Source: Lama guanicoe
Lineage: Eukaryota
Reading direction: 5' to 3'
Assembly (NCBI GenBank): GCA_013239625.1
Contig: MU056379.1
Location: 3,246,895-3,310,894, forward strand
DNA length: 64,000 nucleotides
The position numbers and the translations under genes are program-made. Each line of letters begins with the position of its first letter. The stretch's first letter is position 1. The notes beneath the pieces were generated by a model. The model was not told where the DNA came from and searched no databases. It saw only the letters and a list, made by a program, of their open reading frames with translations. This document shows positions 63,321 through 64,000 of this stretch, piece after piece.

Positions 63321-64000
63321 CTGAGGGTGACGCTGTCAACCTGCATCGCTGCTGTGAGGCTGGCAGGTGGACTTGGAACAAGGGAGGTGCTCGCCAATGT
63401 CAGATGTATCCCTGTGGCCTGGGTCTGGTTGTCATCCCTTCCTCCAGGCTCAGCTTCCAGCCCATCCTTGGGCCTGGATGCACAAGGCCACCCCTGCCAG
63501 GTGGGACACCTCATGAACCGACCTAGAGGCTGGAGGTGACACTGGATGGGCCTCCTATATCACATCATCCTTTCCCTGTGATTCAGCCTGATTCTGGTGC
63601 CCTGGCCCCACTGCCAGCAAGCAGGGTGACCTCCTGTCTCCCACTAGCCCCGAGCTGGAACTCTCTGTGACCTCCCTTCCCTGAAAGCTCTCAGCACTGA
63701 CCTGCTGGGACCTACTGCCGAGGGCACTGCTCCCTGAAGCCTGCTCCCAGGGCCAAGCCCAAGGGGACCTTAGGATCAGGGGGAGAAGGCCCAGCCCTGG
63801 CTCTTTAAATAGCAGCCCCCTAAGGCCCATGGCAGGGGAAGGTTACCCTGTCAGGGCTTTGATCTGCCCAGGCCAGCCCTTTCTGATCAGCTGGAGCCAA
63901 TCATGCAATCAGCAACACCTGCCCAAACCCCAGCACCCATCCCAGATCACCCTGCCATGAAGTCCCCAGAAGCCCCGCTGATATGATGGCCCCCACGAGG

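Noticed and set aside
1-64000. CRISPR arrays, operons or other prokaryotic systems
   Set aside because: The sequence is mammalian; no regularly spaced repeat-spacer array or gene-dense coding region is present.

Overview
Mammalian genomic DNA from a draft assembly with five N-gaps. It is probably camelid (alpaca or camel), because the only young SINEs are tRNA-Ala-derived Vic-1-type elements. I could not support any protein-coding exon: the ORF track looks like GC-rich noise, repeats or gap-spanning artefacts. The left half (1-32.3 kb) is intergenic, with MIR, L2, old L1M, MaLR/ERVL/ERV LTRs, MER5 and MER53 DNA-transposon relics, microsatellites and several AT-rich enhancer-like islands. A CpG island at about 32.3-32.95 kb, partly lost in a gap, ends in a plausible + strand splice donor (GAG|gtacgg at 32743/32744). 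The rest of the window looks like one long first intron of a gene with a non-coding first exon. From memory this fits DAGLA, but that is unverified. The most unusual observation is a 130-bp, 90%-identical, ungapped inverted repeat (14232-14361 and 17341-17470) of apparently non-repeat sequence bracketing about 3 kb of ordinary old DNA. I found no convincing new multi-gene system. Repeat family calls are by eye and their boundaries are approximate.
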